The notes under the pieces were generated by a model. It saw only the letters and a list, made by a program, of their open reading frames with translations, had not been told where the DNA came from and did not search any database. A stretch of 64,000 nt of DNA. Origin: Eledone cirrhosa. Its lineage: Eukaryota. Shown piece by piece: positions 13,620 to 26,992 of the stretch (positions are counted from its first letter, which is position 1; each line of letters starts with the position of its first letter). The stretch is taken from positions 62,062,001-62,126,000 of the forward strand of contig OZ024744.1 in NCBI GenBank assembly GCA_964016885.1. Direction: 5' to 3'. The translations under genes were made by a program, and so were the position numbers.

Positions 13620-13730
13620 TAGACAGGGTCCACAGAAATGAAGGATTTGGCATGAGAAATAAAGAAGGCTTCAGGCTCCTGGATTTATGTGACGCCAATG
13701 ATTTATCTGTAACACAAATTTAAAAAAATG
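13620..13730 (+). mobile_element. Old RTE endonuclease fragment
   Basis: Translates as GVHRNEGFGMRNKEGFRLLDLCDAND; compare RTE GIHGGYGFGTRNEEGSRILEFCDANN. Confidence 0.7.
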
Positions 13731-15889
13731 TGCATGTGTGTTTGCATGTGCATACATATATACATATCTCTGTTATAGATTGTTTGCACATATACATTTA
13801 TATGTCTGCTTTAGTAGGAAAAATTACCTTAAAACGCTCCTCCCCACTCCTAAAATGTAATATTCTCATTAGTAAAATTGCATAGCCTAGTGGTTAAGGT
13901 GTCAAACTCATGATCACAAGATTGCGGATTCAATACTTGGACCAAGCAGCTTGTTTTCTTGAGCAAAATACTTTTGTTCACTTTGCTCTTTCTGCCAAGA
14001 GTTGCGACCAGCTGACAGTACCAGCAATGGAAAGCCACAAAGGATCTGATGATTAGCTCCTTTGCTTTTCCTTTCAATTATAAAGGTTAAAACTTTGAAA
14101 CACTTTAACAACTGTTGTTTGGAATGAGGGAGTGGGGTAGTGGTGAAGCAGGCTTAATATTAAGGTCAACTGCAATAGAACAAAAACTTTTGTGTATGAC
14201 TGTGTCAGGGTGTGAGGAGGAGGTGGATAGGGTATTTCTTCTAGACTAACACATTCCATTATGAATTATATAAGGGTGGTGGATTGGTAGTATCGGTAGA
14301 GCATCAGACAATGTACTTTGCGGTATATAGCCACATCCCTTTACGTTCTCATTTTGCTGTCTTTCATCTTTACGAGGTCGAGAAAATAAATACCGGTATC
14401 ACACAGGATTCACTTTATCCGACTTTTCCCTTCACTTCAAATTGCTGGCCTTGTGTCAAAAGTAAAAACAATTATGAATTATATGCAAATAGATAGATAT
14501 AGATTAGATGTGATGGTTGATGATAAATTAGGAGATAGTTATAAATTAGATCTCTCTCTCCCTTTCTCTCTCTTCTTCACTTTCCCTCTCTCGTCCCTTC
14601 TACCTCACTTCTCCCTATCCCATCCCCTCTCCTTTCCTCTGTCCCTCTCCATTTCTTTTTCACACAAAAGTTACTATAGGCTAAATAACAGGTTGGAGTC
14701 TCTAAGATTCTATGTTTGAAGATTTTAGTTGTTAAGGTTTATGAATGTCGTCAAGAGAAGTGTTACCATGAAAATAACAGCAACCATGATGGTGTACATG
14801 AAAATATGATTGAAATTTCTGGCAGGTTTAACCTAGTTCTGATTTACTTGATGAAACTGAAATTGAGATCCACATTAGAATTGGTTATGTAATTTGTTCT
14901 AAATAACTCCATTCCACCACCACTACCACCACCACCACCCAGATTCTGCCCATAAAGATAGTAATTATAATGTATTGGTGTCCAACCCATGCAAGCATGA
15001 AAAAGATGTAAAAACGATGATAATAATAATGTATCTTAGAATGGCAATCACAATTAATTTGATTTACACGTTTACATACCTCGTCTCTCCTTCTCCCTCC
15101 TCTCGCCTTCTCCCCCCCTCTCTCTCTGTCTGTGTGTCTCTGTCTGACTATCTCTCTCTCTCTCAGAGAGAGAGAGTTGGATGAGTTGTCATGGTTTGAA
15201 TCAATACTTGTTTGTATACAGGATGGAGAACCACATCTCACTCATACATTCCATATTTTGGCATGATTTCTATTGCTGGATGTCCTTCCTAACACCAACA
15301 ACTTTGCAGGGTGTACTGGGTGCATTTTATCATGGTATCAACACTAGAGAGGTTACCAAGTACTCAGCAAAACTAAAGACTCTGACATTTCATTGTCAGC
15401 CAGTTTACAAAATGTACTCTGACATAGCAGTAACCACATGGTTTTTGTTTCAGTCCCATTGAGAGATGTCTTCTACTGTAGCCTCAGGTTCAGTGGGTGG
15501 ACACTATGGATAAAACCCTGTCACATGTAAGCTTGCGCACATGCATACACATGGTTGTGTGGTTGTGTTAGTTTTGTAACCAAGTGGTTTTGGCCCTGTT
15601 GTCTGGCACCATGAGCTAGTATTTTCTACTGCAGTCTCTGGTTGACCAATGCCTTGTGTGTGGAATTTGATTGATGGAAACTGCTGAAGCCCATTGTGTA
15701 TGTATATATGTCTGTGTACTGTAAGTTAGCAGTTTGGCTAAACAGAAATTGATAAAATAAGCACCAGATTTGAAAAACAAGTTCTAACATTGATATGATT
15801 GACTATATCAAGGCAGTGCCCAGGATGGTTGCAATCTACAGACCGAAGTAAATAAAAGAGTGTATGTGCGTGTGTGTATTTGTTTATCA

Positions 15890-16160
15890 GCATCATCATA
15901 GTTTAACACCCATTTTTCCACATTAGCATGGATTAGACGAGTTGTCCTGTTATGAGACAAACCAGGTCAGATGACTGTCTTGTTCATACAGAACTGATAC
16001 TGGCTTGGTTTCTACAGCTGGATGCCCTTCCTAACACCAACCACATTTACAGTGTGGGCTGGGTACTTTCTGTCATGACACCTACACGACCACTTTACAG
16101 TGAGGGCTGGGTGCTTTTTGTCACGTCACCATCATGACCACTTTACAGTGTGGGCTGCAG
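15890..16160 (-). mobile_element. Non-autonomous RTE-tail element with internal tandem repeats
   Basis: (CAT)n, GTTTAAC..TTTTCCAC tail, GGATGCCCTTCCTAACACCAACCAC and repeated TTTACAGTGTGGGCTGGGT. A plus-strand copy lies at 42990-43256. Confidence 0.65.
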
Positions 16161-16726
16161 GCTTCCTTGGACGTATGCTACAGCTGTTCTCATGGGAGAT
16201 ATATGGGAGGGTAGGTGGGGTGTGATGGTGCATATTATATATATATGTATGCTTTAGCTTCAGCCTGTGCCCATGGGACGGCTGGTCTTCTGTATTACTG
16301 CATAACGCCACACACAAATACACATACACTCACTCTAGCATTAATACAACATCTGAAAGTGACTTATAATTTTGCTGCTTTAGTTAATGATAAAATAAGA
16401 TTGACATGTCTATGGAAAAAAAAAAATCAAATACAAAAAAGTCAATCCTTATCTTAAAATTTCTTAATTTTCAATTTTTGACTCTATACTAAGAATTATT
16501 TTGTGGCATCTTTCGGATGTATTTTCAAGTATAAACTAAATTTTTATTGAATACTACTGTAAACGTCGGGTGGATGTGCTTTCATGGTCACATCAGAGAT
16601 TTATCTGTTGTTTTTTTAATTGTGAATAATAAAAAAAAAAGAGGGGTGATAATACCTTTTTATCTTTTGTTGTCTGAGGATAAAGTGTTTTGTTCCTAAG
16701 GCATGGTTGATTGTAATTGTCAGTTA

Positions 16727-16948
16727 CATTCATATATTAAGTAATTGTTTCTACTTTTGGCACAAGGCCATCAATTACCCAGTACATTACTGGTACTTTA
16801 TTTTATCGACCCCGTAAGGATGAAAGGCAAAGTTAACCTCGGCGGGATTTGAACTCAGACCGCAAAGGGACGTAACTATGCTGGAAAGCATGGCGTCCGA
16901 CTCTCTACCGATGCTGCCAATCCACCGCCCATTCATATATTAAGTAAT
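16727..16948 (-). mobile_element. Full-length S1 SINE with a 19-bp target-site duplication
   Basis: CATTCATATATTAAGTAAT at 16727-16745 and 16930-16948. Confidence 0.9.
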
Positions 16949-17427
16949 GTTAAATGTTTACATTATTAGTTGTTATTATGTAAACACTAGGCAAAGAATC
17001 TAATACTTACTTAAGTTAAACATCCAAGGAATGTTTTGGTAAGCTAGCTTAGCAATCCATTTCATTGCTAGCTGAGTAAGGAAATACTTTGTCAAGGTGT
17101 TGGTTTAAATGCTAAATTGTTGATAATTTATTTAGTAAGTAACCAGTTTATTTTCTTGAATAAATGGCGCAAATTCCCTTAAATAATAATTCATTTTATT
17201 AATTTTTCTTTATTTTGGGGCTTTCTTTTTTTTTTCTTTAAAAAATAATTTTATTTTACTACTATATTTCTTTAACTGAACACACACAAACATACATACA
17301 TATATATATATATGTATATGTATATGTATATATGTATGTAAAAGGTAAACAGAAATAACAACACAATCGGTACAGCATATGGAAGGGATATATTAGGTTA
17401 ATGCTTGATATAGCAGGAAGAGGGTCT

Positions 17428-17486
<59 letters not shown>

Positions 17487-17627
17487 CTGAAACTAATACA
17501 CTTCATGTTACTGCATCCTCTTGTTTGTTCATTTCTTGTTTTCTTGAGATAAATATATATATATATTTATTATTATTATTATTAGTAGTAGTAGAGATTA
17601 CAGTTTAAGCATAGAATTTCTGCTTTC

Positions 17628-17701
<74 letters not shown>

Positions 17702-17735
17702 TCATCATCATCATCATCATCATCAGGTCGAGCTT

Positions 17736-17918
17736 GCAGTATTTCCCAGCATTGAAGAGGCTACTTTTTTCCTAAAATAAGTCTCAAAAATCTACCATTC
17801 GTCCTGGAAGCCGAAAGTTGAATTTTTATGTTTATTATTTTTTTTTTTTAATTTTTGGTTGTCAAAATTAGGGTGTGCCCTCGAGGACGAAGTGTCTTCG
17901 GCACTGGGAAATATGGTA
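17736..17918. mobile_element. Tc1/mariner-pogo-type MITE
   Basis: Imperfect TIRs TATTTCCCAGCATTGAAGA / TCTTCGGCACTGGGAAATATGGTA. A second copy in reverse orientation lies at 43329-43490. Confidence 0.75.
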
Positions 17919-20900
17919 TGTGCATGTATATATGTATATATATCAGAGTTGCAACACTTAATGTTGGCACTCTCAGAGGTAGATCTGCTGAAATAGCGGA
18001 GATGCTGGAGAGAAGGCAGGTGGATGTGTGCTGCGTGCAAGAGGTGAGATGGAGAGGTGCCTCTGCGAGACTAGTCGTAGGCAAGCGTCTTAGCTATAAG
18101 CTATTCTGGGTAGGTAAGGATGATGGGTTAGGGGGAGTAGGCATTTTCCTGGCTGAGAAATGGATCAATAAGACAATAGAGGTAGTTCGAGTTAGTAATC
18201 GAATAATTAAGCTTAGATTAGTTGTAGGTAGGAGACTACTGACAATCATCTCGGTCTATGCTCCCCAAGCAGGCCTAGGCAAAGATGAGAAAGACTGCTT
18301 TTATGAGCAACTTTTGCAAACAACCACAATGACAGAGGACGGAGACATCGTTATGCTAGCAGGAGACTTCAATGGTCATGTTGGACAGCTCCAGGATGGT
18401 TACACTGGGGTACATGGTGGGCATGGTTACGGTTCAAGAAATGAAGAAGGAGTGAGACTTCTTGAATTTTGTGATGCAAGTACATTGACTATTTGCAACA
18501 CAAACTTCCAGAAACCTGCCAATCACCTAATAACCTACAAATCTGGTGAGCACATAAGCCAGATTGACTTCCTGCTAGTTAGGCAGCGGGACAGGCAGAT
18601 AGTGTCTAATACCAAGGCATACCCTGGGGAAGAATGTACCCCACAGCATAGGTTAGTTGTTAGTGATATCTCAGTAAGCAAGAGATGGAATGAGCCATAT
18701 AGGAAGGTGTGGAGAAGAAAGGTCTGGAAGCTAAAAGACCTTTCACTAAAATTCAAATTTAGGAAAGCCCTTCAAGATGTATATGACGAAAAAGAAGACG
18801 ATTTAGAGACGTATGACATAGATAATAACTGGAAGTTCTTACGTGACAACTTGCTGAAGGCTACTGATGAAACTTGTGGCTGGAGCAGAGCCCCAACCAG
18901 ACAGAGAGTGACCTGGTGGTGGAACAGCAGTGTAGATAAGGCTATTAGAGACAAAAGACTAGCATGGAAGGCTTGGAATAAGGGTGGGAGTAGGGAAGAA
19001 TATACAGCCACTAAGAGAGAAGCTAGACGTCAGGTGTACTTAGCACGCAGGGAGGCAGAGAGTAGGAGGTTTGCCAATGTTCTGCGACGGGAAGATCAGA
19101 GGCGTGCGGTGTTCCACATTGCAAGGCAGTGTGTCAATGCAAATCAGGATGTTGTTGGTGATAAATGTGTCCGGGATGATGCCGGTGTACTTAGTGCCAC
19201 GAATGACCAGAAAAAGGAGGCCTGGAAATGCCATTATGAGAGACTGATGAATGTGGAGAACGAATGGGAGAGAGAGAAATTACCCTTGGTAGATCCGACA
19301 GAGGGACCAGCTATTGAGATTGACGAATATAGGGTCCAAGAGGCGATTAGGGAAATGAAAAATGGTAAGGCGGCCGGACCATCGGGAATAGTTGCTGAGA
19401 TGCTGAAGGCATCAGGGGACGTAGGCACTAAACTGGTTGCACGCATAATCAATCAGGCTATATATGGTGGTGTCATACCCAAAGACTGGTGCAGCAGTAT
19501 TCTCATAAATTGCTACAAAGGTAAAGGGGATGCTTTGGAGAGGAGCAATTATAGGGGTATAAAACTGATAGATCAGGTTATGAAAGTGGCAGAAAGGATT
19601 TTAGCACAACTAATTAGAGAAAGGGTCAAACTAGATGAGATGCAGTTTGGTTTTGTGCCTGGGAAGAGTACAACAGATGCCCTCTTCTTGGTGAGACAAA
19701 TGCAAGAGAGGTTCTTAGAGAAGAATAAGCCACTATACTTGGCCTTTGTTGACCTAGAGAAGGCCTTTGATAGGGTACCCCGATCTGTCATCTGGTGGTC
19801 CCTAAGGAAGCTGGGTGTTGAGGAATGGCTTGTAAGGACAGTGCAAACTTTGTACAGAGGTACTCTCAGTAAAGTCAGGGTAGGAATGGAGTTTAGTGAG
19901 GAATTCCAGATACAAGTAGGAGTACATCAGGGTTCGGTCCTCAGCCCGCTCTTGTTCATTATAGTCCTCCAAGCCATAACAGAGGAGTTTAAGACTGGCT
20001 GTCCATGGGAACTTCTCTATGCTGACGATCTGGCTCTTATGGCAGAATCAGTAGAGGAGCTAGAGAATAAATTCCGGCTATGGAAACAGCAGTTGGAAGC
20101 AAGAGGACTGAGAGTAAATCTAGCTAAGACAAAAGTGTTGATGAGTAGAAAAGAGGACAAAACCCTGATTCCGTCAGGGAAATGGCCATGTTCGGTATGC
20201 AGAAAAGGAACTGGCATAAATTCTATAAAATGCACACAATGTAGGTCCTGGGTACACAAGAGATGTAGCGGGATAGCAGGCAAACTAACAGGTAGGGAGA
20301 AATATGTATGCAGTAGATGTACAGGGAAATTAGACAGTAGAAGTCGCACTGATAGACACATTTTTCAAATGCGAGAGGGCGCTATAGAAGTGGTGGATAG
20401 CTTCCGGTACCTAGGAGATCAGATTAGCATGGGAGGAGGGTGTTCCGAGGCCATAGTATCTAGAATAAGGACGGGTTGGAAGAAGTTTAGGGAGCTGCTT
20501 CCTCTGTTGACGAAGAAGGGTTTCTCCCTGCGTACGAAAGGCCGGTTGTATGATGCCTGTGTGAGGAGCGCGATGCTGCATGGTAGTGAGACATGGGCAG
20601 CTACCGCAGAAGATATGCGACGGCTGGAGAGAAATGAGGCAAGCATGCTCCGTTGGATGTGCAGTGTAAATGTGCGTGAACGACCCAGCATAAATGTGTT
20701 GAGAGAGAAACTGTGTCTGAGAGGGATAGAATGTAGTGTACGGGAGAGGAGACTGAGGTGGTATGGACATGTGATGCGCATGGAGGATGACCGATGGGTG
20801 AAGAAGTGCCAGGAAATGCCAGTTGAAGGAAGACGTAGTAGAGGTAGACCACGAAAAACATGGGCGGAGGTGGTGAGAACAGACCTCAGATCATTGAAGC

Positions 20901-20995
20901 TCACGGTGGAGATGACGAGGGACCGTGACGAGTGGAGAGATGCTGTGCTGAATAAGACCCGTCCCACCCTTGCAAGCAGGGAAAAGCGGACGTAA
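17918..20995 (+). CDS. RTE LINE family A polyprotein: APE endonuclease - RT - PHD-like finger, uninterrupted (~1020 aa)
   Basis: TLNVG, VQE, GDFNGH, SQIDF, QH; NYRGI, FVDLEKAFD, GVHQGSVLSP, YADD; C4HC3 finger CSVC..CTQC....H..C..CSRC; RLRWYGHV, GRPRKTW. (GAT)n tail to ~21026; element sequence begins ~17941. Confidence 0.95.
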   Translation: MCMYICIYIRVATLNVGTLRGRSAEIAEMLERRQVDVCCVQEVRWRGASARLVVGKRLSYKLFWVGKDDGLGGVGIFLAEKWINKTIEVVRVSNRIIKLRLVVGRRLLTIISVYAPQAGLGKDEKDCFYEQLLQTTTMTEDGDIVMLAGDFNGHVGQLQDGYTGVHGGHGYGSRNEEGVRLLEFCDASTLTICNTNFQKPANHLITYKSGEHISQIDFLLVRQRDRQIVSNTKAYPGEECTPQHRLVVSDISVSKRWNEPYRKVWRRKVWKLKDLSLKFKFRKALQDVYDEKEDDLETYDIDNNWKFLRDNLLKATDETCGWSRAPTRQRVTWWWNSSVDKAIRDKRLAWKAWNKGGSREEYTATKREARRQVYLARREAESRRFANVLRREDQRRAVFHIARQCVNANQDVVGDKCVRDDAGVLSATNDQKKEAWKCHYERLMNVENEWEREKLPLVDPTEGPAIEIDEYRVQEAIREMKNGKAAGPSGIVAEMLKASGDVGTKLVARIINQAIYGGVIPKDWCSSILINCYKGKGDALERSNYRGIKLIDQVMKVAERILAQLIRERVKLDEMQFGFVPGKSTTDALFLVRQMQERFLEKNKPLYLAFVDLEKAFDRVPRSVIWWSLRKLGVEEWLVRTVQTLYRGTLSKVRVGMEFSEEFQIQVGVHQGSVLSPLLFIIVLQAITEEFKTGCPWELLYADDLALMAESVEELENKFRLWKQQLEARGLRVNLAKTKVLMSRKEDKTLIPSGKWPCSVCRKGTGINSIKCTQCRSWVHKRCSGIAGKLTGREKYVCSRCTGKLDSRSRTDRHIFQMREGAIEVVDSFRYLGDQISMGGGCSEAIVSRIRTGWKKFRELLPLLTKKGFSLRTKGRLYDACVRSAMLHGSETWAATAEDMRRLERNEASMLRWMCSVNVRERPSINVLREKLCLRGIECSVRERRLRWYGHVMRMEDDRWVKKCQEMPVEGRRSRGRPRKTWAEVVRTDLRSLKLTVEMTRDRDEWRDAVLNKTRPTLASREKRT

Positions 20996-20996
20996 A

Positions 20997-21028
<32 letters not shown>

Positions 21029-21057
21029 ATATATATGTATATATATATATATATATA

Positions 21058-21305
21058 ACTTTGAATAACTTTGAAATGTTTTGGCCAGTATTGGCCCAGG
21101 CCATGTCTAACTTAATAGCACCACCTGGCGAAGTCTTTCAATTCAGGATTTGGGCACCATGGCCCATTCGAGAAGAGAATTACTGTTTGCGGAGACATAT
21201 CCGGGTGTGGGTGGTTTGTCCGGGATTACTTGGAGGAATTTGTCCAAAGACTTCTTGAATTTTGAGTGGTCAGTTTCTGTTTTGACGTGTCCTGGTGTGA
21301 TGTTG
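21058..21305 (-). mobile_element. CR1/L2-group LINE 3' fragment
   Basis: Translates as [32 protein letters not shown], then a short UTR ending in tandem TTCAAAGTT; flanked by (AT)n. Confidence 0.7.
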
Positions 21306-21307
21306 AT

Positions 21308-21351
<44 letters not shown>

Positions 21352-21370
21352 GTATATATATATATATGTA

Positions 21371-21459
<89 letters not shown>

Positions 21460-21480
21460 ATATATATATATATATGTATA

Positions 21481-23605
21481 TCATCATCATCATCATCATC
21501 AACGTTTAACGTCCGTGTTCCACGCTTGCATGGGTTTGGACGGGGGTAGTCCCACTTGAGGCAAGAGTGATTGTCTTGCTCGCATAGGACTGTCTGGCAG
21601 GTTTTCTACAGTTGGATGCCCTTCCTAACACCAACCACATTTACAGTGTGGGTCTGGGAGGTTTTTACCGTGTTGCCTACACGGCCACATTACAGCGTGG
21701 ACTGTGTGTTTTTTTGTCGTGACACCTACACGATCTCATTTGTTTCGGCCTGGATGGCGCGGCACCAACATAACTTTACATAGAACGGGGTGGTGTGGAT
21801 GGGGTGGGGGTGGCGGCGGGAGGGGTGTATTTTGTTAGAGATGCCTACTGGCAAGGCGGGTCTTCTCTGTTACTGAGTACCGCCAAAGGTCACGGTCCAG
21901 TGACATTGTCTTGGAGAGGTGTAAGTGTGTGAGGTCGGAGTTTATCAGCTCATCCCATGTTTTTCTAGGTCTGCCTATTCCGTGGCTACCGTCTATCTTT
22001 ATTGCCCTGCACTTTGTAATACAGCTATCGACTTTCATGCGCATCACGTGTCCATACCAACGCAGCCTTCTCTCGAGTAAACAGCATCTGATCCCTCTTA
22101 TCTCTAATTTTTTCCTTAGTTCGTTTATGCTTTGCCGTTCACGTATATTACTGTTACACATCCAGCGGAGCATGCAAGCTTCGTTCCTCTCTAGTCTGCG
22201 TATATCCTCTGCACACAATGCCCAGGTCTCACTACCATGCAACATTGCTGTTCGTATGCAGGCATCGTACAACCTGCCTTTCATTTTTAGGGAGAACCCT
22301 TTAGCAGCTAATAGTGGTATAAGCTCTCTGAACTTTTTCCAACCAGTTCTGACTCTAGCTACAGTACTTTCAGAGCACCCTCCCCCACTGCTGATTTTAT
22401 CGCCCAGGTAACGGAAGCTGTCCACTATTTCTATAGAACCCTCTGCGCAATTGAAAGAGCTAGTATTTTGTGGGCACTTGCTGCTACTTATTGCACCAGA
22501 ACACCGGCCACATGTAAAGTCTATGTTCTTAGTTAGCTTACCTGTGATCCCACTACATCTTTTATGCACCCATACTTTGCATTTAGGACATAAGATGGAG
22601 TTTCTACCTACGCCTTTCCTACATACCGAGCACGACCATTTCCCAGAAGGGACCGCCGCCTTGTTTTCTTTCCTACAAACTAGAACTTTGGTCTTAGCCA
22701 GGTTAATTTTAAGTCCTTTTGACTCTAGGCCGTGCTTCCATGTTTGGAATTTCTTCTCTAGCTCGGCCATTGATTCCGCTATGAGTGTCAGGTCGTCTGC
22801 GTATAGGAGTTCCCATGGGCAGCCTGTCTTGAACTCCTCTGTTATAGCCTGAAGGGCAATAATAAATAGTAGGGGGCTGAGAACAGAGCCCTGATGGACG
22901 CCAACTTTTACGCTAAACTCTTCACTATATTCGTTGTTAATTCTAACCTTGCTGACTGTTTCTTTATACATGGCTTGTATAGCCCTCACAAGCCATTCGT
23001 CAACGCCTAGTTTTCTAAGAGCCCACCAGATAATGGAGCGGGGGACTCTGTCGAAGGCTTTCTCCAGGTCGACAAAAGCTAAGTAGAGGGGTTTACCTTT
23101 AGCTAGGTACTTCTCCTGTAGTTGTCGTACTATGAAAAGAGCGTCTGTGGTGCTTTTGCCTGACACAAACCCGAACTGCATTTCATCTAGATCAATTCTC
23201 TCTCTGATTAGTTGCGCTATTACTTTTTCCGTGACCTTCATGACCTGGTCGATTAATTTAATGCCTCTATAGTTACTCCTATCTAGGGCGTCTCCTTTAC
23301 CCTTATAACAGTTAACGATGATGCTGCTATGCCAGTCCTTCGGAACAACCCCATTCTGTACGACTTGGTTAACTATGCGGGTGACCATGGTGTGTCCCAC
23401 CGTGCCAGATGCCTTCAGCATCTCAGCAACTATTTCCGAAGGCCCAGCCGCCTTACCAGTCTTCATATCCTTGATTGCCTTACTTATTATACTCCCCTCG
23501 ACTAACACTGCTGGTCCCTCTATCGGGTCGATAAGGGGGAGACTGTCTTTCTCCCATTTATTCTCCTCATTTAGTAGCCTTTCATATTCTCCTCATTTAG
23601 TAGCC
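21481..23605 (-). mobile_element. RTE LINE family B, 5'-truncated, RT-PHD frame open (21835-23590)
   Basis: 557-aa ORF with YADD and the C4HC3 finger, ~340-bp 3' UTR, (GAT)n tail, (AT)n flanks. Confidence 0.95.
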
Positions 23606-24922
<1,317 letters not shown>

Positions 24923-24964
24923 CGGCGATGAATTAGTTTAGCAAGGTTTTTTATATGAAATCGT

Positions 24965-26965
24965 GTGTCGAAACAAATAAGAGGTAGACCCCCCACCATA
25001 ACCTCAATGGCAAAAAAGACTCCCATGGGAAGGTGGCTTGGGTGGACCAAAGCTATACGGACCCCCCAAAACAATGATCAGGTAAGAAAAATGGTCGCAC
25101 ATGCAATAGGGGCTAGTATCAAAACTACCCTAAAGGGCCACATATTTAAGTTCAATGAGAAAATCTACACCCAAAATGAGGGAGCAGCCATCGGCGTCAG
25201 CATAGCTGGTGATGTTGCCAACCTTTTCATGGTATGGTGGGAAAGGAGACTTAAAGATCTCCTTAATGAAAGCGCCATAAACCTCATCATGTACTCTCGT
25301 TATGTAGACGATATCAATATAGTTATAAGAACACCCCCACTAGAGAGCACTAACAAGTTTGAATTAGAACGTAGCACGATGGAAAGCATCCAGCAGATAG
25401 CTAATTCCATACACCAGAGTATAACTGTAACTATTGACTTCCCTTTCAAACACCCTAACAATAGACTACCTGTATTAGACACAGAACTCTGGATTAACAC
25501 TACAGACGAGAGAGCCCAAATTCTCCACTCACACTATGCTAAACCCATGGCCTCCAAATACCTGATACTCAAAAACTCAGCAATGTCCAGTAGTGCTAAG
25601 TTTAATATTCAGATCGCAGATTTGGTACGAGTGATGAAGAATGTGTCCAGCATGTGCGACCCAACAGAAATGGAAAGACACATCCAACACTTCATCAACC
25701 GCATGCAGTTCTCTGGCTACAAACAAAGAGACAGAGTCAGAGTATACGAAGGAGCCATGGAAAAGTACAAGACCCTCATAGAACTGGACATGAAAGGAAT
25801 TTGCCCATTATACAGGAGCAAATCATGGAATAGCTAAGATAGGGCTAGACATAAGACAGGGAAGGCCACATCATGGTACGACAACCAGAGATATCAGAGT
25901 GTCATGTTTGTGGACGCCACCCCTGGAGGGAAATTAGCTAACCAGTGTAGAAAGGCCCTGAGAAAGACCCACTTAAAAATAAAGGTGGTAGAAAAGCCAG
26001 GAACCACCATAAAATACCTGATCAGCAAAACCTACCCCTTTAAGAAAACCCACTGTACCAATAGGAAATGTATCATATGTAAGGTGAACCCCCGGATAAA
26101 CTGTAAAACTAGAAACGTAGTCTATAGCATAAGATGTACAGAGGGTACTTGCAGAAACATGACAACAACATACATAGGTGAGACAGCTCGTAGCATAGGT
26201 GAAAGGATAGACCAACACTGGGGGGAACTAAAAGGACGAAAAAACGGGTCAGTACTATACGAACATGCTAGACAACAACATGACGGTAACATAGACAACA
26301 TAGAAATTAGAATAATATCTAAACATAGGAATGACCCAGCAGATAAGCAAATCAGAGAGGCCAGTGAAATAGAAATTAGAAGACCAAAGCTAAACAGAAA
26401 GAATGAGTGGAACAACAACACCCAAACAAACAACACTGACCTAAGAGAAGTATAAATAAGTAAATAAAATAAAATAAAATAAGATAAATAAATACATACA
26501 CAAGCACAATAACAACAAGCACATAAACACACACTAGTCACCCAGCAGACACAACACTATACACACTGGTCACACAGCAAACGTAACACTATACACACAC
26601 GCAAACGCATGCGCAAAGAAGACAAAATAAAATAAACAAACAAGCAAATAAATAAATAAATATATAGACAGACTGAATAAAAAATGGCGTAGACATACAA
26701 CACAACAGGAGGAAAAAATATAACACCACTGACGATGTTGCAGATGTGCAACGAAAGATTTATGTAAACTATATATATGTGTTTGTGTCTATATTGTATC
26801 TGTATTATTTTTGACCATCGGTCAGTCAATGGCAACATTGAGGAACGATTAAGTTAGATCGCAGATATAAAAGACAGCGAGAAGCGAAAACCAACCAAAC
26901 AGTGAGTGTGTTCTGTTATTAATTCTGGCAATATTACACAAATATGACCCTCCCCAAGTATAACA
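24965..26965 (+). mobile_element. Penelope-like element, Naiad-like; 5'-truncated RT + GIY-YIG with one in-frame TAA (25835-25837) and 3' pLTR
   Basis: GRPPTIT, HIFKF..Q..GAAIG..AGDVANLFMVWW, RYVDD, LPVLD, HYAKPMAS, FSGY, PLYR..W. The same frame continues after the stop: FVDATPGGKL, Cys linker, VVYSIRC..YIGETAR..ER..QH. Confidence 0.9.
26722..26785 (+). ncRNA. Candidate minimal hammerhead ribozyme in the Naiad pLTR
   Basis: CTGACGA(T)-GTTGCA gatg TGCAAC-GAAA; stems I and III are weak. Core identical in the inverted copy at ~33175-33232. Confidence 0.6.
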
Positions 26966-26992
26966 ATATATATATATATACATATATATATA

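Noticed and set aside
20017-20967. Antisense ORFs within RTE copies
   Set aside because: Shadows of the sense frame with no independent motifs.
25835-25837. Selenocysteine recoding in the Naiad-like ORF
   Set aside because: The in-frame stop is TAA, not TGA, and is best read as a nonsense mutation.
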